A stretch of DNA of 64,000 nt from Clostridia bacterium. GTDB lineage: Bacteria; Bacillota; Clostridia; TANB77; CAG-508. The stretch lies in NCBI GenBank assembly GCA_017613275.1, contig JAGAED010000006.1:97207-161206 (forward strand), in the 5' to 3' direction. Position 1 is the first letter of the stretch, and each line of letters begins with the position of its first letter. Made by a program: the position numbers and the translations under genes. Under the pieces are notes generated by a model. The model saw only the letters and a program-made list of their open reading frames with translations, had not been told where the DNA came from and ran no database searches. Below, piece by piece: positions 38,070 through 49,367 of this stretch.

Positions 38070-38624
38070 ATGAAAGCAACTGGAGTAGTGAGAAGAATAG
38101 ATGATTTAGGTAGAGTTGTAATTCCAAAAGAAATTAGAAAAACTTTAAGAATAAAAGAAGGAGACCCATTAGAAATCTTTACAGATAGGGAAGGACAAGT
38201 AATTTTAAAAAAATATTCTCCAATCGGAGAACTTTCAGAATTTGCAATAGGATATGCAGAAACTCTTTCAAAAACAACAGGACATATTGCTTGTATTACA
38301 GATAAAGACACAATTATAGCTGTTTCAGGAGGCTCTAAGAAAGAATTTCTAGAACAAGATGTAAGTCAAGAATTAGAACAACTTATGGAAGATAAAGAGG
38401 TTTATACAAGTAAGGAAAATAAAGATTTAGCAATGCCTATTACAAAAAATGATAATCAATCTAGAAGATATAATTCGCAAGTGGTTTATCCAATAGTTTC
38501 TAATGGTGATACAATTGGAACAGTAATTTTACTTTCAAAAGATGCTAATACAAAAATGACAGATATAGAAAAGAAAGTAGCACAATCTGCTGCAACTTTT
38601 TTAGGGAGCCAAATGGAAATTTAG
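38070..38624 (+). CDS. spoVT: Stage V sporulation protein T
   Basis: MKATGVVRRIDDLGRVVIPKEIR AbrB domain plus a GAF-like C-terminus. Confidence 0.95.
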   Translation: MKATGVVRRIDDLGRVVIPKEIRKTLRIKEGDPLEIFTDREGQVILKKYSPIGELSEFAIGYAETLSKTTGHIACITDKDTIIAVSGGSKKEFLEQDVSQELEQLMEDKEVYTSKENKDLAMPITKNDNQSRRYNSQVVYPIVSNGDTIGTVILLSKDANTKMTDIEKKVAQSAATFLGSQMEI

Positions 38625-38628
38625 GCTA

Positions 38629-38694
38629 AAAAATTTTTAGGGACAGGTACAAAAATATCTTAGGATATTTTTGTACCTGTCCCTAAAAATTTTT
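38629..38694. repeat. Long perfect palindrome with GGGACA...TGTCCC arms between convergent genes
   Basis: About 31-bp arms, AAAAATTTTTAGGGACAGGTACAAAAATATC and its complement. Confidence 0.85.
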
Positions 38695-38921
38695 CAGCTT
38701 GTTTTCTTATTTCTTTCATCGGTTAAACCTACAATATAGTCTATTGTTGTATTGTAAAATTTTGCAAGTGTAATTAAATGCTGAACTGGAATTGGTCTAT
38801 TACCATTTTCATATTCTGAATAATATTGTTGTGAAATTCCTAGTACATTTGCAATATCTTTTTGGAGTTTATCATTATCTTCTCTTAAATCTCGAATTCT
38901 TTTAAATTTCAATAAAACCAT
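38694..38921 (-). CDS. XRE-family HTH regulator
   Basis: RIRDLREDND..QKDIA..LGISQQYYSEYENG. Confidence 0.88.
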   Translation of the reverse strand: MVLLKFKRIRDLREDNDKLQKDIANVLGISQQYYSEYENGNRPIPVQHLITLAKFYNTTIDYIVGLTDERNKKTS

Positions 38922-39194
38922 CCTCCAATCATCGAAATTTATACATAATCTTCTTTTAAAAACTTATTAAAATCATTCTAACAAAAAAAATAAATCATAT
39001 GAAATAACTACATAAAATGTTGTGTGAGAAAATTAAAGCAAAACAGCTTGGTTCTAAGAAAATCAATCTATCAGTTCTAGTTTTAAATATAACTAAACAC
39101 AATATATTGTTTAAAGGACTAGAGATTAATAAAACCTTGACTTTAGGAAAAATTTTGATATAATTGAAAAAAACAGAAAAAGGAGCAATGAAAA

Positions 39195-40115
39195 ATGGAA
39201 GAAAAAACATTGATTTTTGGACATAAAAATCCAGATACAGATACAATATGTTCAAGTATGGTAAAACAAATATTATGTGAAAAAGAAGGAAACACAAATG
39301 TAAAGGCAGTAAGATTAGGAAATGTAAATAAAGAAACAAAATATGCTTTAGACTATTTACAAATGGAAGCACCAGAATTTATTGAAAAAGTTGAAGAAGG
39401 ACAAAAAGTTATTTTAGTTGACCACAATGAATTTAACCAAAGTGCTGATGGCATTGAAAATGCAAATATTTTAGAAGTTGTTGATCATCACAGAATCTGC
39501 AATTTCCAAACAACAGATCCTTTATATTACACAGCAAGACCTTTTGGTTGTACTTCTACAATTCTTTACCAAGAATTTGTTGAAAAAGGTATTGAAATAG
39601 CTAAGACAGAAGCTGTTCTAATGGCTAGTGCTATTATTTCTGATACACTATTATTAAAATCTCCAACAACAACAAAATTTGATGAAAAAGCTTTAGTAGA
39701 ATTAGGAAGAATTGCTGGAATAGATATTAATAAATATGGTTTAGATTTATTAAAAGCTGGAACAGATTTAGATGATTTTTCTGAAAAAGAGTTAATAGAT
39801 TTAGATGCTAAAAAGTTTGAATCTAAAGGGGTTAAATGTGTAATTGCACAAGTTAATACAGTTAGTATTCCAGATGTATTAAAAAGAAAAGAAAAATTAG
39901 AAGAAGAAATGAATAATGCAATTGCAGAAAATGGAACAGATTTATTTGTTCTAGCAATTACAGATATTTTGAATAGTAATTCACAAATAATTGCATTAGG
40001 TAATAGAGTGGATATTATAGAAAAAACAGTAAAATTAGAAGATAATATGGCTTTATTAGAGGGAGTAGTTTCTAGAAAAAAACAATTATTACCAATGGTA
40101 GAAAACAATATTTAG
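39195..40115 (+). CDS. ppaC: Mn-dependent inorganic pyrophosphatase
   Basis: GHKNPDTD, LVDHNE, DHH and SRKKQ. Confidence 0.95.
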   Translation: MEEKTLIFGHKNPDTDTICSSMVKQILCEKEGNTNVKAVRLGNVNKETKYALDYLQMEAPEFIEKVEEGQKVILVDHNEFNQSADGIENANILEVVDHHRICNFQTTDPLYYTARPFGCTSTILYQEFVEKGIEIAKTEAVLMASAIISDTLLLKSPTTTKFDEKALVELGRIAGIDINKYGLDLLKAGTDLDDFSEKELIDLDAKKFESKGVKCVIAQVNTVSIPDVLKRKEKLEEEMNNAIAENGTDLFVLAITDILNSNSQIIALGNRVDIIEKTVKLEDNMALLEGVVSRKKQLLPMVENNI

Positions 40116-40242
40116 TGATTTTTGGTGGCGCATTTATGTGCCACTTTTTTTCGACCAAAACTTGACATTTTTGTGATTTTTGTGTATACTAGGGAAGATT
40201 TAAAAAGAAGGATGTTTTACTTTATTTTAAGGAGTAATGTGA

Positions 40243-41652
40243 ATGAAAATAAAATTAAATATTAAAAGTATTTTAGTTATAGCAATAATCGGAGTTTTAA
40301 GTTTATTAGTTTTTAACAAAAGCTTTGCAGCCGTAACAGGAAAAGTTAGTGTTGACACTGCAAATATTAGAAAATTAACTGATACAACTTCAACAATAGT
40401 TGAACAAGCATCAAAAGGTGAAACTGTTCAAATAATTGAAAAAGATGGCGATTGGTATAAAGTAAAATATAATGGTGTTCAAGGATATGTTAGATCAGAT
40501 TTACTAGAGGTTAATGAAAGTGTTGCGGAAGCTACAACTCCAGCACCTGTTGAAGATAAAAAAGAAGAAACTAAAACTGAAGAACCAAAAAATGAAACAA
40601 CTCAAAATTATACATCTGTAAATAATACAGAAGAAAAACAAGAAAATACTGCTACAGAGAATGACAATTCAAAAAGCATTATTGAGGGGATGTATTCAAC
40701 AACAGCAGATGTAAAATTAAAACTTGTTCCTTTAGTTAATGGAAACAATATAAAAGATATTTCAAAGGACGCAACAGTTAATGTATTAGAAGTTTATAAC
40801 AACTGGGCATTGGCTGAATGTGGAATGGATAGAGGCTGGCTATTATATAGCAAATTAAATAAAGTTGAAGAAACAGCACAACAACCTGAAAATAATCAAG
40901 AAGAGAAAAAAGAGGAAGAGAAGACTGAAGAAAAGACAGAGGAGAAGGTTGAAGAAAAAGCTGAAGAAACAAAACAAGAAGAAAAAAGTACAGAGGTTGC
41001 TGTTCAAGAAAAAACAATGTATGTTAACTGGGATGTTGTTATTGTAAGAGAAAAAGCAACAAAAGCATCTGATGTTGTTACAAGTCTTAATAAAGCAACA
41101 GCAGTTACAGTAACTGCAAAAGATGGAGAATGGAGTAAAGTAAAAGTTAATGGTAATGTTGGATATATAAAAACAACTTTATTATCTGAAACAAAACCAG
41201 AAACTACTACTTCAAGAAGCTTAGAACAAGAAAGACAAGAAGTTCAATCAGCAACACAACAAAATCAAACAGAAGCATCAGCACAAACATCAAGCTCAGG
41301 GTTAGGTCAACAAGTATGTGCTTATGCTAGACAATATTTAGGGTGTAAATATGTTTATGGGGGAACTACACCTAGTGGATTTGACTGTTCAGGATTTACT
41401 CAATATGTATTTAAACATTTCGGAATTACTATAAATAGAACAGCTTCAGCACAGGCAAGCAATGGGACTTATGTAGCTAAATCTGATTTACAAGCAGGAG
41501 ATTTGCTAATATTTTCAGGTCATGCTGGGATCTATTTAGGAGATGGAACATTTATACATGCTGCAAATCCTTCTAAAGGCGTTATCGTAACATCTTTATC
41601 AGATAGCTATTATGTAAAAAATTACATAACAGCAAGAAGAATAGTAAACTAA
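40243..41652 (+). CDS. SH3b-repeat NlpC/P60 cell-wall endopeptidase
   Basis: Signal peptide, SH3b repeats, GFDCSG...HAGIY...FIHA. Confidence 0.92.
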   Translation: MKIKLNIKSILVIAIIGVLSLLVFNKSFAAVTGKVSVDTANIRKLTDTTSTIVEQASKGETVQIIEKDGDWYKVKYNGVQGYVRSDLLEVNESVAEATTPAPVEDKKEETKTEEPKNETTQNYTSVNNTEEKQENTATENDNSKSIIEGMYSTTADVKLKLVPLVNGNNIKDISKDATVNVLEVYNNWALAECGMDRGWLLYSKLNKVEETAQQPENNQEEKKEEEKTEEKTEEKVEEKAEETKQEEKSTEVAVQEKTMYVNWDVVIVREKATKASDVVTSLNKATAVTVTAKDGEWSKVKVNGNVGYIKTTLLSETKPETTTSRSLEQERQEVQSATQQNQTEASAQTSSSGLGQQVCAYARQYLGCKYVYGGTTPSGFDCSGFTQYVFKHFGITINRTASAQASNGTYVAKSDLQAGDLLIFSGHAGIYLGDGTFIHAANPSKGVIVTSLSDSYYVKNYITARRIVN

Positions 41653-41677
41653 TTAATCAAACTGCAGGGAGGCAAAT

Positions 41678-44122
41678 TTGAAAAGACCAATTTTAGTTGC
41701 AGTTATTGGATATATAATAGGAATAATAATAGGGCTATACTTTAAATTTAGTATAGTTCTTTTTTATTTACCGGTAATTCTGGTAGCTGTTTTTTTAAAA
41801 AATATTATAATTCGAAAGAAAAAGTTTAGTTTTTATTCAATATCAAGGTATTTAAGATATTTTAAACTTATATTAAATCGTAAAGTTATTACAATAATTA
41901 TACTTTTTTCGTGTTTATCAAATTTCATAGTAAAAGAAAAAAATAGTCAATTTGAAAACTTTTATAAAACATCTTCAGCAGTTGAGATAATAGCAAAAGT
42001 TGCTAGCAATGCGGAAGAGAAGGATTATAACAATGTTTATAAAATTCAGGTATTGGAAATCAATAAGTTCAATACGAATGTGTGCTTATATTTAAAGACA
42101 GATAAAAAGAAAAATATTAAATATGGAGATATTATTAAAACAAAAGGAAAATATGCAGCACCAAGTAAACAAAGAAATTATGGTGGGTTTGATTATAGTA
42201 ATTATTTAAAAACAATAGGTGTATATGGAACCGTTACAGCAGAACGATTAGAGGTTTTAGAACAGGCAAAGACAAATGATTTTGGAGTTTTGATTAATAA
42301 TATTAAAGAAAATGTGAAATCTAATGCCAAAAAATATTTAGATGAAGATACGTATTCTATATATTTAGGCTTAGTTTTGGGAGATACCACATTTATAGAT
42401 GAAGAAACCGAAAATGCTTTCAGAAACAGCAATATGGGGCATATTCTAGCTGTTTCGGGTATGCATATTACTTATATTGTAATTGGGATTGTATTGTTTT
42501 TTAGCAAGGTTTCTGGAAAGAAAATTGCCAAAATCATAAGTGTTATTATGCTGTTATTATACATTGTTCTTACAGGTTTTTCACCATCAATTATAAGAGC
42601 ATGTAGTATGGCAATTATAATGATAGTTGGAGAGATTATACACAGAAAAGCTGATATGTGGACATCTATGGCTATTTCACTTTTTATCATTTTAATTTAT
42701 AATCCATTTTTAATAACAAATATTGGCCTGCAATACTCATATATGGGAACTTTGGGGATTATTATCCTTAATAAAAATATATCAAAGATTATAACGCCTA
42801 AAAAAAGTAAAAAAGAATCAAGAGTAAGGCAAATTATAGCTATTTCAATATCTGCACAAATTTTTATACTACCTATAACGCTTTTCCATTTTAATACATT
42901 TGGGATTTATTTTTTAATTACTAATTTACTTTTAAGTATAATAATTGGACCGATAATAATTTTAGGATTTATTTTTCTGATATTGTTACTACTCGACTTT
43001 ACAATTATAGGTTTATTTGCGATTCCGCTAAAAATTGGAATACAGGCAATTTTGTTAATTACCAATATAAGTTATTTACCTTTAGCAAAAATCTATGTTA
43101 GAACTCCCAATATTGGCGAAATAGTTTTATTCTATTTGATAGTAATTGTTTTAAATTTTGTATATTCAAATATCAATAATAAGACTCCTACAACTTCAAA
43201 TTTACGTGTTCGATATATGATTCAATTGATTAAATATAATTTTAGAAAATATAAAAATAAGGTGATAGCTGGTATGCTCATTATTACGTTGCTACCGCTT
43301 GGATTTTTTATATTTAATAAAAATGATTTAAAAATTCATTTTGTGGATGTGGGGCAAGGTGATTGTTGCTTTATAGAAACACCTGAAAACAAAACTATTT
43401 TGATTGATGGAGGAGGTTCAGAATTTGGCACATTTGATGTTGGGAAAAGTACACTTTTGCCATATATTTTAGATAGAGGTTATATCCAAATTGATTATAT
43501 TATCTCATCACACATGGACCAAGATCACATTGGTGGATTATTTACGATTATGGAAGAATTGAGTGTTAAAAATGTTGTAATATCAAAGCAGGGAGAAAAC
43601 AGCGATAATTATGAAAAATTTGTTAAAATCGTTAAAAATAAAAATATAAAAGTTCTTGTTCTTGGAAAAGGAGATAGATTGAATATTGAAAACGATTTAT
43701 ATTTTGACTTTTTATGGCCACAAAGTGGGAATTTAGTAAAAGAAAATGTTTTAAATAATAATTCGATTGTATGTAAAATGAAGTATAAAGATTTTTCGTG
43801 TTTGTTTACTGGAGATATAGAGGAAAATGCAGAAAATAAAATTCTGCAAGAGTATAGAAATAACTTAGAAATTTTAAATTCAACAGTATTAAAAGTTGCA
43901 CATCATGGTTCAAAAACGTCGTCAACACAGGAATTTTTAGAAGCAGTAAAACCTAAAATCTCGCTGATTGGAGTAGGGGAAAACAATAAATTTGGACATC
44001 CTAATGAAGAAGTTTTGCAAAGATTGGAAAAATGCAGTACAAAAATTTATAGAACAGATGAAAAAGGAGAAATAACATTAGAGATAAATGGAAAAGGGAA
44101 TATAAAAATAAAGACAAATTAG
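41678..44122 (+). CDS. comEC: DNA uptake channel ComEC/Rec2
   Basis: HILAVSGMH, SIIRA, DVGQGD, SHMDQDHIGG, HHGS and GHP. Confidence 0.93.
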   Translation: MKRPILVAVIGYIIGIIIGLYFKFSIVLFYLPVILVAVFLKNIIIRKKKFSFYSISRYLRYFKLILNRKVITIIILFSCLSNFIVKEKNSQFENFYKTSSAVEIIAKVASNAEEKDYNNVYKIQVLEINKFNTNVCLYLKTDKKKNIKYGDIIKTKGKYAAPSKQRNYGGFDYSNYLKTIGVYGTVTAERLEVLEQAKTNDFGVLINNIKENVKSNAKKYLDEDTYSIYLGLVLGDTTFIDEETENAFRNSNMGHILAVSGMHITYIVIGIVLFFSKVSGKKIAKIISVIMLLLYIVLTGFSPSIIRACSMAIIMIVGEIIHRKADMWTSMAISLFIILIYNPFLITNIGLQYSYMGTLGIIILNKNISKIITPKKSKKESRVRQIIAISISAQIFILPITLFHFNTFGIYFLITNLLLSIIIGPIIILGFIFLILLLLDFTIIGLFAIPLKIGIQAILLITNISYLPLAKIYVRTPNIGEIVLFYLIVIVLNFVYSNINNKTPTTSNLRVRYMIQLIKYNFRKYKNKVIAGMLIITLLPLGFFIFNKNDLKIHFVDVGQGDCCFIETPENKTILIDGGGSEFGTFDVGKSTLLPYILDRGYIQIDYIISSHMDQDHIGGLFTIMEELSVKNVVISKQGENSDNYEKFVKIVKNKNIKVLVLGKGDRLNIENDLYFDFLWPQSGNLVKENVLNNNSIVCKMKYKDFSCLFTGDIEENAENKILQEYRNNLEILNSTVLKVAHHGSKTSSTQEFLEAVKPKISLIGVGENNKFGHPNEEVLQRLEKCSTKIYRTDEKGEITLEINGKGNIKIKTN

Positions 44123-44171
44123 TATAAAATTTGAAATATTGTCAATAATACCCTTGAAAGAAGGAGATTTT

Positions 44172-44783
44172 ATGGATAAACTTAACAAGGTTATTATTTC
44201 AATGTTGACCATTTCTGCTATACTTATTGCAATAGTTGTAGCATTATTATTGAATCAAAACAATAAAAATAAAGGTGAGGTTGGGGAAAGTACAAAAACG
44301 CAAATTGGAGAAGTAATATATGACGAATGTACAGATGAATATGAAGAAATAGGAGAAGATGTTATAACTACAAATACGGAGGAAGAGAAGATATCTCCAA
44401 ATTGTAAAATAACTTTAACAAAGTATTATAAAGGTTGTAAAGATACAATAAATGATTATATAAGTGTACCACAAGAACTTGTTAATTGTACAGAAAAACA
44501 ATTACAAGGAAAATATAATGATTGGGAAATAAAAGAGTTTTCGAGTAATAAAATAGTGTTATATAGAGAATTTGAGGGAGAGTGTGGGGAACATTATATA
44601 TTAAAAGATAATAATGGAAAAATTTATATTTATAAAATAAATGAAAATGGCAAACAAGAAGAATATGAAAAAACTGATGTTGCAACAGATTATTTGCCTG
44701 AAAAAGATAAAGAGGCAATTAAGCAAGGTTTGAAGGTAAATGGAAAAGAAAAATTAAATGAGCTAATAGAAAGCTTTGAATAA
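44172..44783 (+). CDS. BofC C-terminal-domain protein
   Basis: Transmembrane anchor; HYILK...G.I.IY...LP..D...IK.G...L..LIESFE. Confidence 0.65.
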   Translation: MDKLNKVIISMLTISAILIAIVVALLLNQNNKNKGEVGESTKTQIGEVIYDECTDEYEEIGEDVITTNTEEEKISPNCKITLTKYYKGCKDTINDYISVPQELVNCTEKQLQGKYNDWEIKEFSSNKIVLYREFEGECGEHYILKDNNGKIYIYKINENGKQEEYEKTDVATDYLPEKDKEAIKQGLKVNGKEKLNELIESFE

Positions 44784-44802
44784 AACTCAAAACAAAAAAG
44801 AA

Positions 44803-44886
44803 TTCCCAGTTAACATTTTGGGACACTTTCAAAAAGTAACTTCGCAAAATTACTTTTTGAAAGTGTCCCAAAATGTTAACTGGGAA
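44803..44886. repeat. Long palindrome with GGGACAC...GTGTCCC arms between convergent genes
   Basis: About 37-bp perfect arms. Confidence 0.85.
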
Positions 44887-44894
44887 ATTGCTCC

Positions 44895-45476
44895 TTATTT
44901 TTGGTTTACTTTTGTTACATCTTTTTTTAAGTCTTTTTTATCAATAAATCCATTATGGTATAATGACCAAACATACATAATTAAGGCAAAAAGTGTAGAA
45001 ATAAGTGCTAAAACATAGAATAATAAATCTAAGTTTTTCCAGAATCCTTCTACATTAAATTGTCTAAATATTAAAGATAGAACAATTGCAACATAGAATA
45101 ATACTGTTGCTAGTTTTCCATACCATTTGCTATAAACCACAACATCTTTTCCATATAGGAAAGAGGCTCCAACTATCATTATAAATTCTTTAACTAAAAC
45201 TACTATTAAAATCCATAATGGAATTATATTTACAAGAGCTAAAGAAGCTAATGTGCTTATTTGTGTTAGCTTGTCTGCAAGGGGATCCATTAGTTTTCCA
45301 AAGTTAGAAACTAAATTGAATTTTCTTGCTATAAAACCATCGGCAACATCGGTTATACCAGATATTGTAAAGAATACAAATGCTAGTATAAATTGCTCTG
45401 TAAATATAAAGTATACTATAAATGGTATTAGTAAAAATCTTGTTATTGTTAATATATTTGGTACATGTTTAAACAT
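44895..45476 (-). CDS. pgsA: CDP-alcohol phosphatidyltransferase (PgsA-like)
   Basis: PNILT, DVADGFIAR and GKLMDPLADK. Confidence 0.85.
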   Translation of the reverse strand: MFKHVPNILTITRFLLIPFIVYFIFTEQFILAFVFFTISGITDVADGFIARKFNLVSNFGKLMDPLADKLTQISTLASLALVNIIPLWILIVVLVKEFIMIVGASFLYGKDVVVYSKWYGKLATVLFYVAIVLSLIFRQFNVEGFWKNLDLLFYVLALISTLFALIMYVWSLYHNGFIDKKDLKKDVTKVNQK

Positions 45477-45542
45477 AATTACTCCTTTTGAGTATCTTAT
45501 TTTAATATAATGATTTTTAATTCAAAATTATTATATTAAAAT

Positions 45543-47999
45543 TTAAACTACTCGAAATATTAATTCTTCATTTTCTAAATCTACTATTATATTTTGACCA
45601 TTTTTTATTTCAGAGCGTAGGATTTTTTCGGAAATTTCATCTTCCAAATATCTTTGAATTGCTCTTCTTAATGGTCTTGCTCCGAATTTGGTATTTGTGC
45701 CTTTTTCTAGAATGTATTTTTTGGCATTTTCAGTAACATCCATTGTTATATTTTTTTCGTTTAAAGCTTTTATTGTATCTTTTAACATTAAGTCAACTAT
45801 TTGAATAAGTTCAGGTTCTGCAAGTGAATCAAATACAATTGTTTCGTCGATTCTATTTAGGAATTCTGGTCTAAATACATCTTTTAAACTATCTAAAATT
45901 TTATTTTTGTTGATTACTGATTTGCCACCAAAACCTATTGAATTGCTGTTTAGGTTTGAACCTGCATTTGATGTCATTATTATTATTGTATTTGAGAAAC
46001 TAACTGTGTTTCCTTGGCTATCTGTAAGCTTTCCATCGTCTAATACTTGCAATAAAATGTTAAATACATCTGGGTGAGCTTTTTCTATTTCATCAAAAAG
46101 AATTATAGAATAAGGCTTTCTTTTTACCTTTTCTGTTAATTGACCTGCATCATCATATCCTACATAACCTGGAGGAGAGCCAATTAGTTTTGCAGTTGAA
46201 TGACTTTCCATATATTCTGACATATCAACCCTAATTATTGCGTCTTCAGAACCAAACATTTCATAAGCAAGAGATTTTGCAAGTTCAGTTTTTCCAACAC
46301 CTGTAGGACCAACAAATATAAATGATGGTGGCCTTTTTGTGCTTTGAAGACCGGCTCTATTTCTTCTGATCGCTCTAGATACAGCGTTTACAGCTTCTTC
46401 TTGACCAATTATTCTTTTATGAAGGTTTGTTTCTAAGTTTAATAGTTTTTGAGTTTCAGCTTCTGTAATTTTCTTAACTGGAATTTTTGTCCAGCTTTCA
46501 ATTACATTTGCTATATCTTGAACTGTAAGATTCTTTAGCTTCATTTTGCTATTTATAGAATCTATTTGTTCAATTAATTGACATTCTTTTGCTTTAAGTT
46601 CTGCTGCTTTTTGGTAATCTTCAGTTGAATCTGCTGCAACAACTTCTTCTTTTTCAGCTTGGACTTTTTTTAATTCTTGACGAAGTAATTCTAGTGTGAA
46701 TAAATCTTTATTTTCTAGGTTTATCCTTGAACAAGCTTCATCTAAAATGTCTATTGCTTTATCTGGTAAAAATCTGTCATGTATATATTTTTCAGACATT
46801 ATTACAGTTTGCTTTATTACATCAGAAGAGATTTTTACTTTGTGATATTCTTCATAATATTTTTTTATTCCACTAAGAATTCCGATTGAATCATCTATAT
46901 TTGGCTCTTCAACTAGAACTTGTTGGAATCTTCTTTCTAAGGCTGTGTCTTTTTCAATATATTTTCTATATTCTTTTAAAGTTGTTGTACCTATTAATTG
47001 AATTTCGCCATTAGATAGGGCGGGTTTTAAGATATTAGCCGCATTCATAGAATGTTCTCCATCGCCAGCACCTATAATATTGTGAATTTCATCTATTACT
47101 AAAATGATATTTCCAAATTCGCGGCATTCATCAATAATACCTTTCATTCTAGCTTCAAATTGACCTCTAAACTGAGTTCCAGCGATTACAGCTGTCATAT
47201 CTAAAAGGTAAACTTCTTTATTTAAAAGTTTTGCGGGTACATTTTGATTAGCTATTTTAATTGCTAAACCTTGCGCAATTGCAGTTTTACCAACACCTGG
47301 TTCACCAATTAAACATGGGTTGTTTTTAGAACGTCTATTTAAAATTTGTGTAATTCTTTGAATTTCTTTATCTCTACCTATTACAATGTCTAATTCATTG
47401 TTTTTGGCTTTATTTGTTAGGTTTGTGCCATAAGCATCTAAATATTTTTTCTTTTTGGATGTTTTGGGCTTTTTCTTTTCAACTTTTACTTTTTTTCTTT
47501 CAGTACTATTGTTGCTTCCATTAAATTGCGCTTGAGCTGCACCATTATTTCCAAACATATTGAAAATTGAACCTAATGGAATAGCTGCACCAGCAATTTT
47601 AGGAGTTTCTTCATCTTCGTCTTCTTCATCCATTCCATCTGCAGAAGGCCCGAAAGTGAAAGCTCCATCAATATTTTGGATATCTTCTAAATTGATATTT
47701 TCTGCTAAATCTTTAAATATTGTCTCAAATTGTTTAGACATATCTTGCATATTTATATTATTTAAATTGATATTCCCATTTGGGTTGATATTATTTGATT
47801 TATTATCATTATTTGAATCATCTTGTTTGGCACTATCCATTATGTTTTTTTGTTTATTTAAAACATCTATTACATCAATGCCTCTTTTTTTAGCGCATTC
47901 TGCACATAGGCCTTCCATAGTGCTTTTTCCATTTTCCTCTTTTTCGAAAAAAAGTATAGCTGCATTTTTATTACAATCTGAACATAACATACTTTTCAT
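45543..47999 (-). CDS. Clp ATPase (ClpC/ClpE-like) with N-terminal CxxC zinc motif
   Basis: [23 protein letters not shown] and GARPLRR. Confidence 0.92.
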   Translation of the reverse strand: MKSMLCSDCNKNAAILFFEKEENGKSTMEGLCAECAKKRGIDVIDVLNKQKNIMDSAKQDDSNNDNKSNNINPNGNINLNNINMQDMSKQFETIFKDLAENINLEDIQNIDGAFTFGPSADGMDEEDEDEETPKIAGAAIPLGSIFNMFGNNGAAQAQFNGSNNSTERKKVKVEKKKPKTSKKKKYLDAYGTNLTNKAKNNELDIVIGRDKEIQRITQILNRRSKNNPCLIGEPGVGKTAIAQGLAIKIANQNVPAKLLNKEVYLLDMTAVIAGTQFRGQFEARMKGIIDECREFGNIILVIDEIHNIIGAGDGEHSMNAANILKPALSNGEIQLIGTTTLKEYRKYIEKDTALERRFQQVLVEEPNIDDSIGILSGIKKYYEEYHKVKISSDVIKQTVIMSEKYIHDRFLPDKAIDILDEACSRINLENKDLFTLELLRQELKKVQAEKEEVVAADSTEDYQKAAELKAKECQLIEQIDSINSKMKLKNLTVQDIANVIESWTKIPVKKITEAETQKLLNLETNLHKRIIGQEEAVNAVSRAIRRNRAGLQSTKRPPSFIFVGPTGVGKTELAKSLAYEMFGSEDAIIRVDMSEYMESHSTAKLIGSPPGYVGYDDAGQLTEKVKRKPYSIILFDEIEKAHPDVFNILLQVLDDGKLTDSQGNTVSFSNTIIIMTSNAGSNLNSNSIGFGGKSVINKNKILDSLKDVFRPEFLNRIDETIVFDSLAEPELIQIVDLMLKDTIKALNEKNITMDVTENAKKYILEKGTNTKFGARPLRRAIQRYLEDEISEKILRSEIKNGQNIIVDLENEELIFRVV

Positions 48000-48214
48000 T
48001 TCTCCTTACTTTTTTACAAAATTACAATATATATAATATCTCAAAAACCTTAATAAGTCAAGCAGTTTTGGCGAATAGAAAATTGAATTAAAAGAATTTT
48101 ATTTTAATTGGTAAAATGTCCTAAAATTATTAAATTTTATATTGCAATAAAATTTTTTAAATGTTATAATATATTTAGTGAAAAGAGATTTTACAAAAGA
48201 AAGAGGGCGAAAAG

Positions 48215-49057
48215 ATGAATGTAACATTGCCAGACAATAAACTGGATAGAAAAACTGTGATGGTGTATGCAATAATTATTCTTATATGTATTGCATCTAT
48301 TTTTGCTGTTGTCTGGATACAATTCTTCGATGGGAAAATTGTCGAAACGGTTGGTACACTAAAGGGAAAAAGTGACTATGACTATAACAATTTAAAGGCT
48401 GAATTTAATGATTTGCTTACAAATGATATACAAAATTATGATGAAAAATTTAACATTAAAAAAGAAAGTTTGACAAATGATTTAGTATATACAGTTTGTG
48501 AAGATAATGAAAGTTCAGGGGAAGATTACAGTATTCAAGTCAAAATTCCATACATAAATGTAAAAAGTTCAACAGTGAAAAAAATTAATAATGAAATAAA
48601 AAGTACTTTTATAGATAAAGTTGAATCAATAAAAAACACAAAAAATAAATATTCAACATATTCTGTACAATATGGTGCATATGTACAAGATGGAATTCTA
48701 TCTGTTGTGATAAAAGCTGAAATACAAGAAGGAACAAAAGCTCAAAGAACGGTAATAAAAACATTTAATTATGACTTAGAAAACAATAGTGAGATATCAT
48801 TTGCAAAATTGCTTGAAAAGAAACAGGTTGATACTGAATATGCTCAAGAAAGAATAAATAAAGAAGCACAAATTGGTGCTAAAAGATCTGAAGACTACAA
48901 AGCTATGGGATATGAAATTTATGAAAGAAATTTAGAAGACAAGATGTATAAAACCGAAAATATTAAAGAATTTTATTTCCATGATGGAACAATTTATATA
49001 ATATTTGCTTATGGAAATAATAATTATACAAACGAAGTTGATATAGCAGTTATATAG
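48215..49057 (+). CDS. Membrane-anchored hypothetical protein (DUF4163/DUF3298-like)
   Basis: N-terminal transmembrane segment; IPYIN...INNEI, ILSVVI and TFNYDL. Confidence 0.6.
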   Translation: MNVTLPDNKLDRKTVMVYAIIILICIASIFAVVWIQFFDGKIVETVGTLKGKSDYDYNNLKAEFNDLLTNDIQNYDEKFNIKKESLTNDLVYTVCEDNESSGEDYSIQVKIPYINVKSSTVKKINNEIKSTFIDKVESIKNTKNKYSTYSVQYGAYVQDGILSVVIKAEIQEGTKAQRTVIKTFNYDLENNSEISFAKLLEKKQVDTEYAQERINKEAQIGAKRSEDYKAMGYEIYERNLEDKMYKTENIKEFYFHDGTIYIIFAYGNNNYTNEVDIAVI

Positions 49058-49230
49058 AACTATAGTTATTTATGAAAAATTTATAAGTATATAAAAAAGA
49101 TGCCAATTTTACTTGGCATCTTTTTTGAAAATAAAAGGGGATGTTTTCATTTTTTTTAGTTAGGCTCTCATTCCTAACTTGGTTATAATATATACTAGTT
49201 TTTTGTCCATTGTGTGAACTATTAGTGAAT

Positions 49231-49350
49231 ATTCAAAAAATATTGGCAAATTTCGTTGTTGAACTTCACTCGATACTCCTCAACGTGCACCACGCACGCC
49301 TCCGGTTGCCTCGCTTGTTCGCCTAGAAATTTACTCAATCTTTTTTGAAT
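49231..49350 (-). repeat. Structured intergenic element family B, copy 1
   Basis: Reverse complement matches 57722-57840 (CAACCGGAGGCGTGC...TGCACGTTGAGGA). Confidence 0.85.
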
Positions 49351-49367
49351 TAAAATTTTGATAAAAT

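Noticed and set aside
38995-39372. 125-aa minus-strand ORF overlapping the ppaC start
   Set aside because: It overlaps a real gene and its promoter and has no recognisable features.
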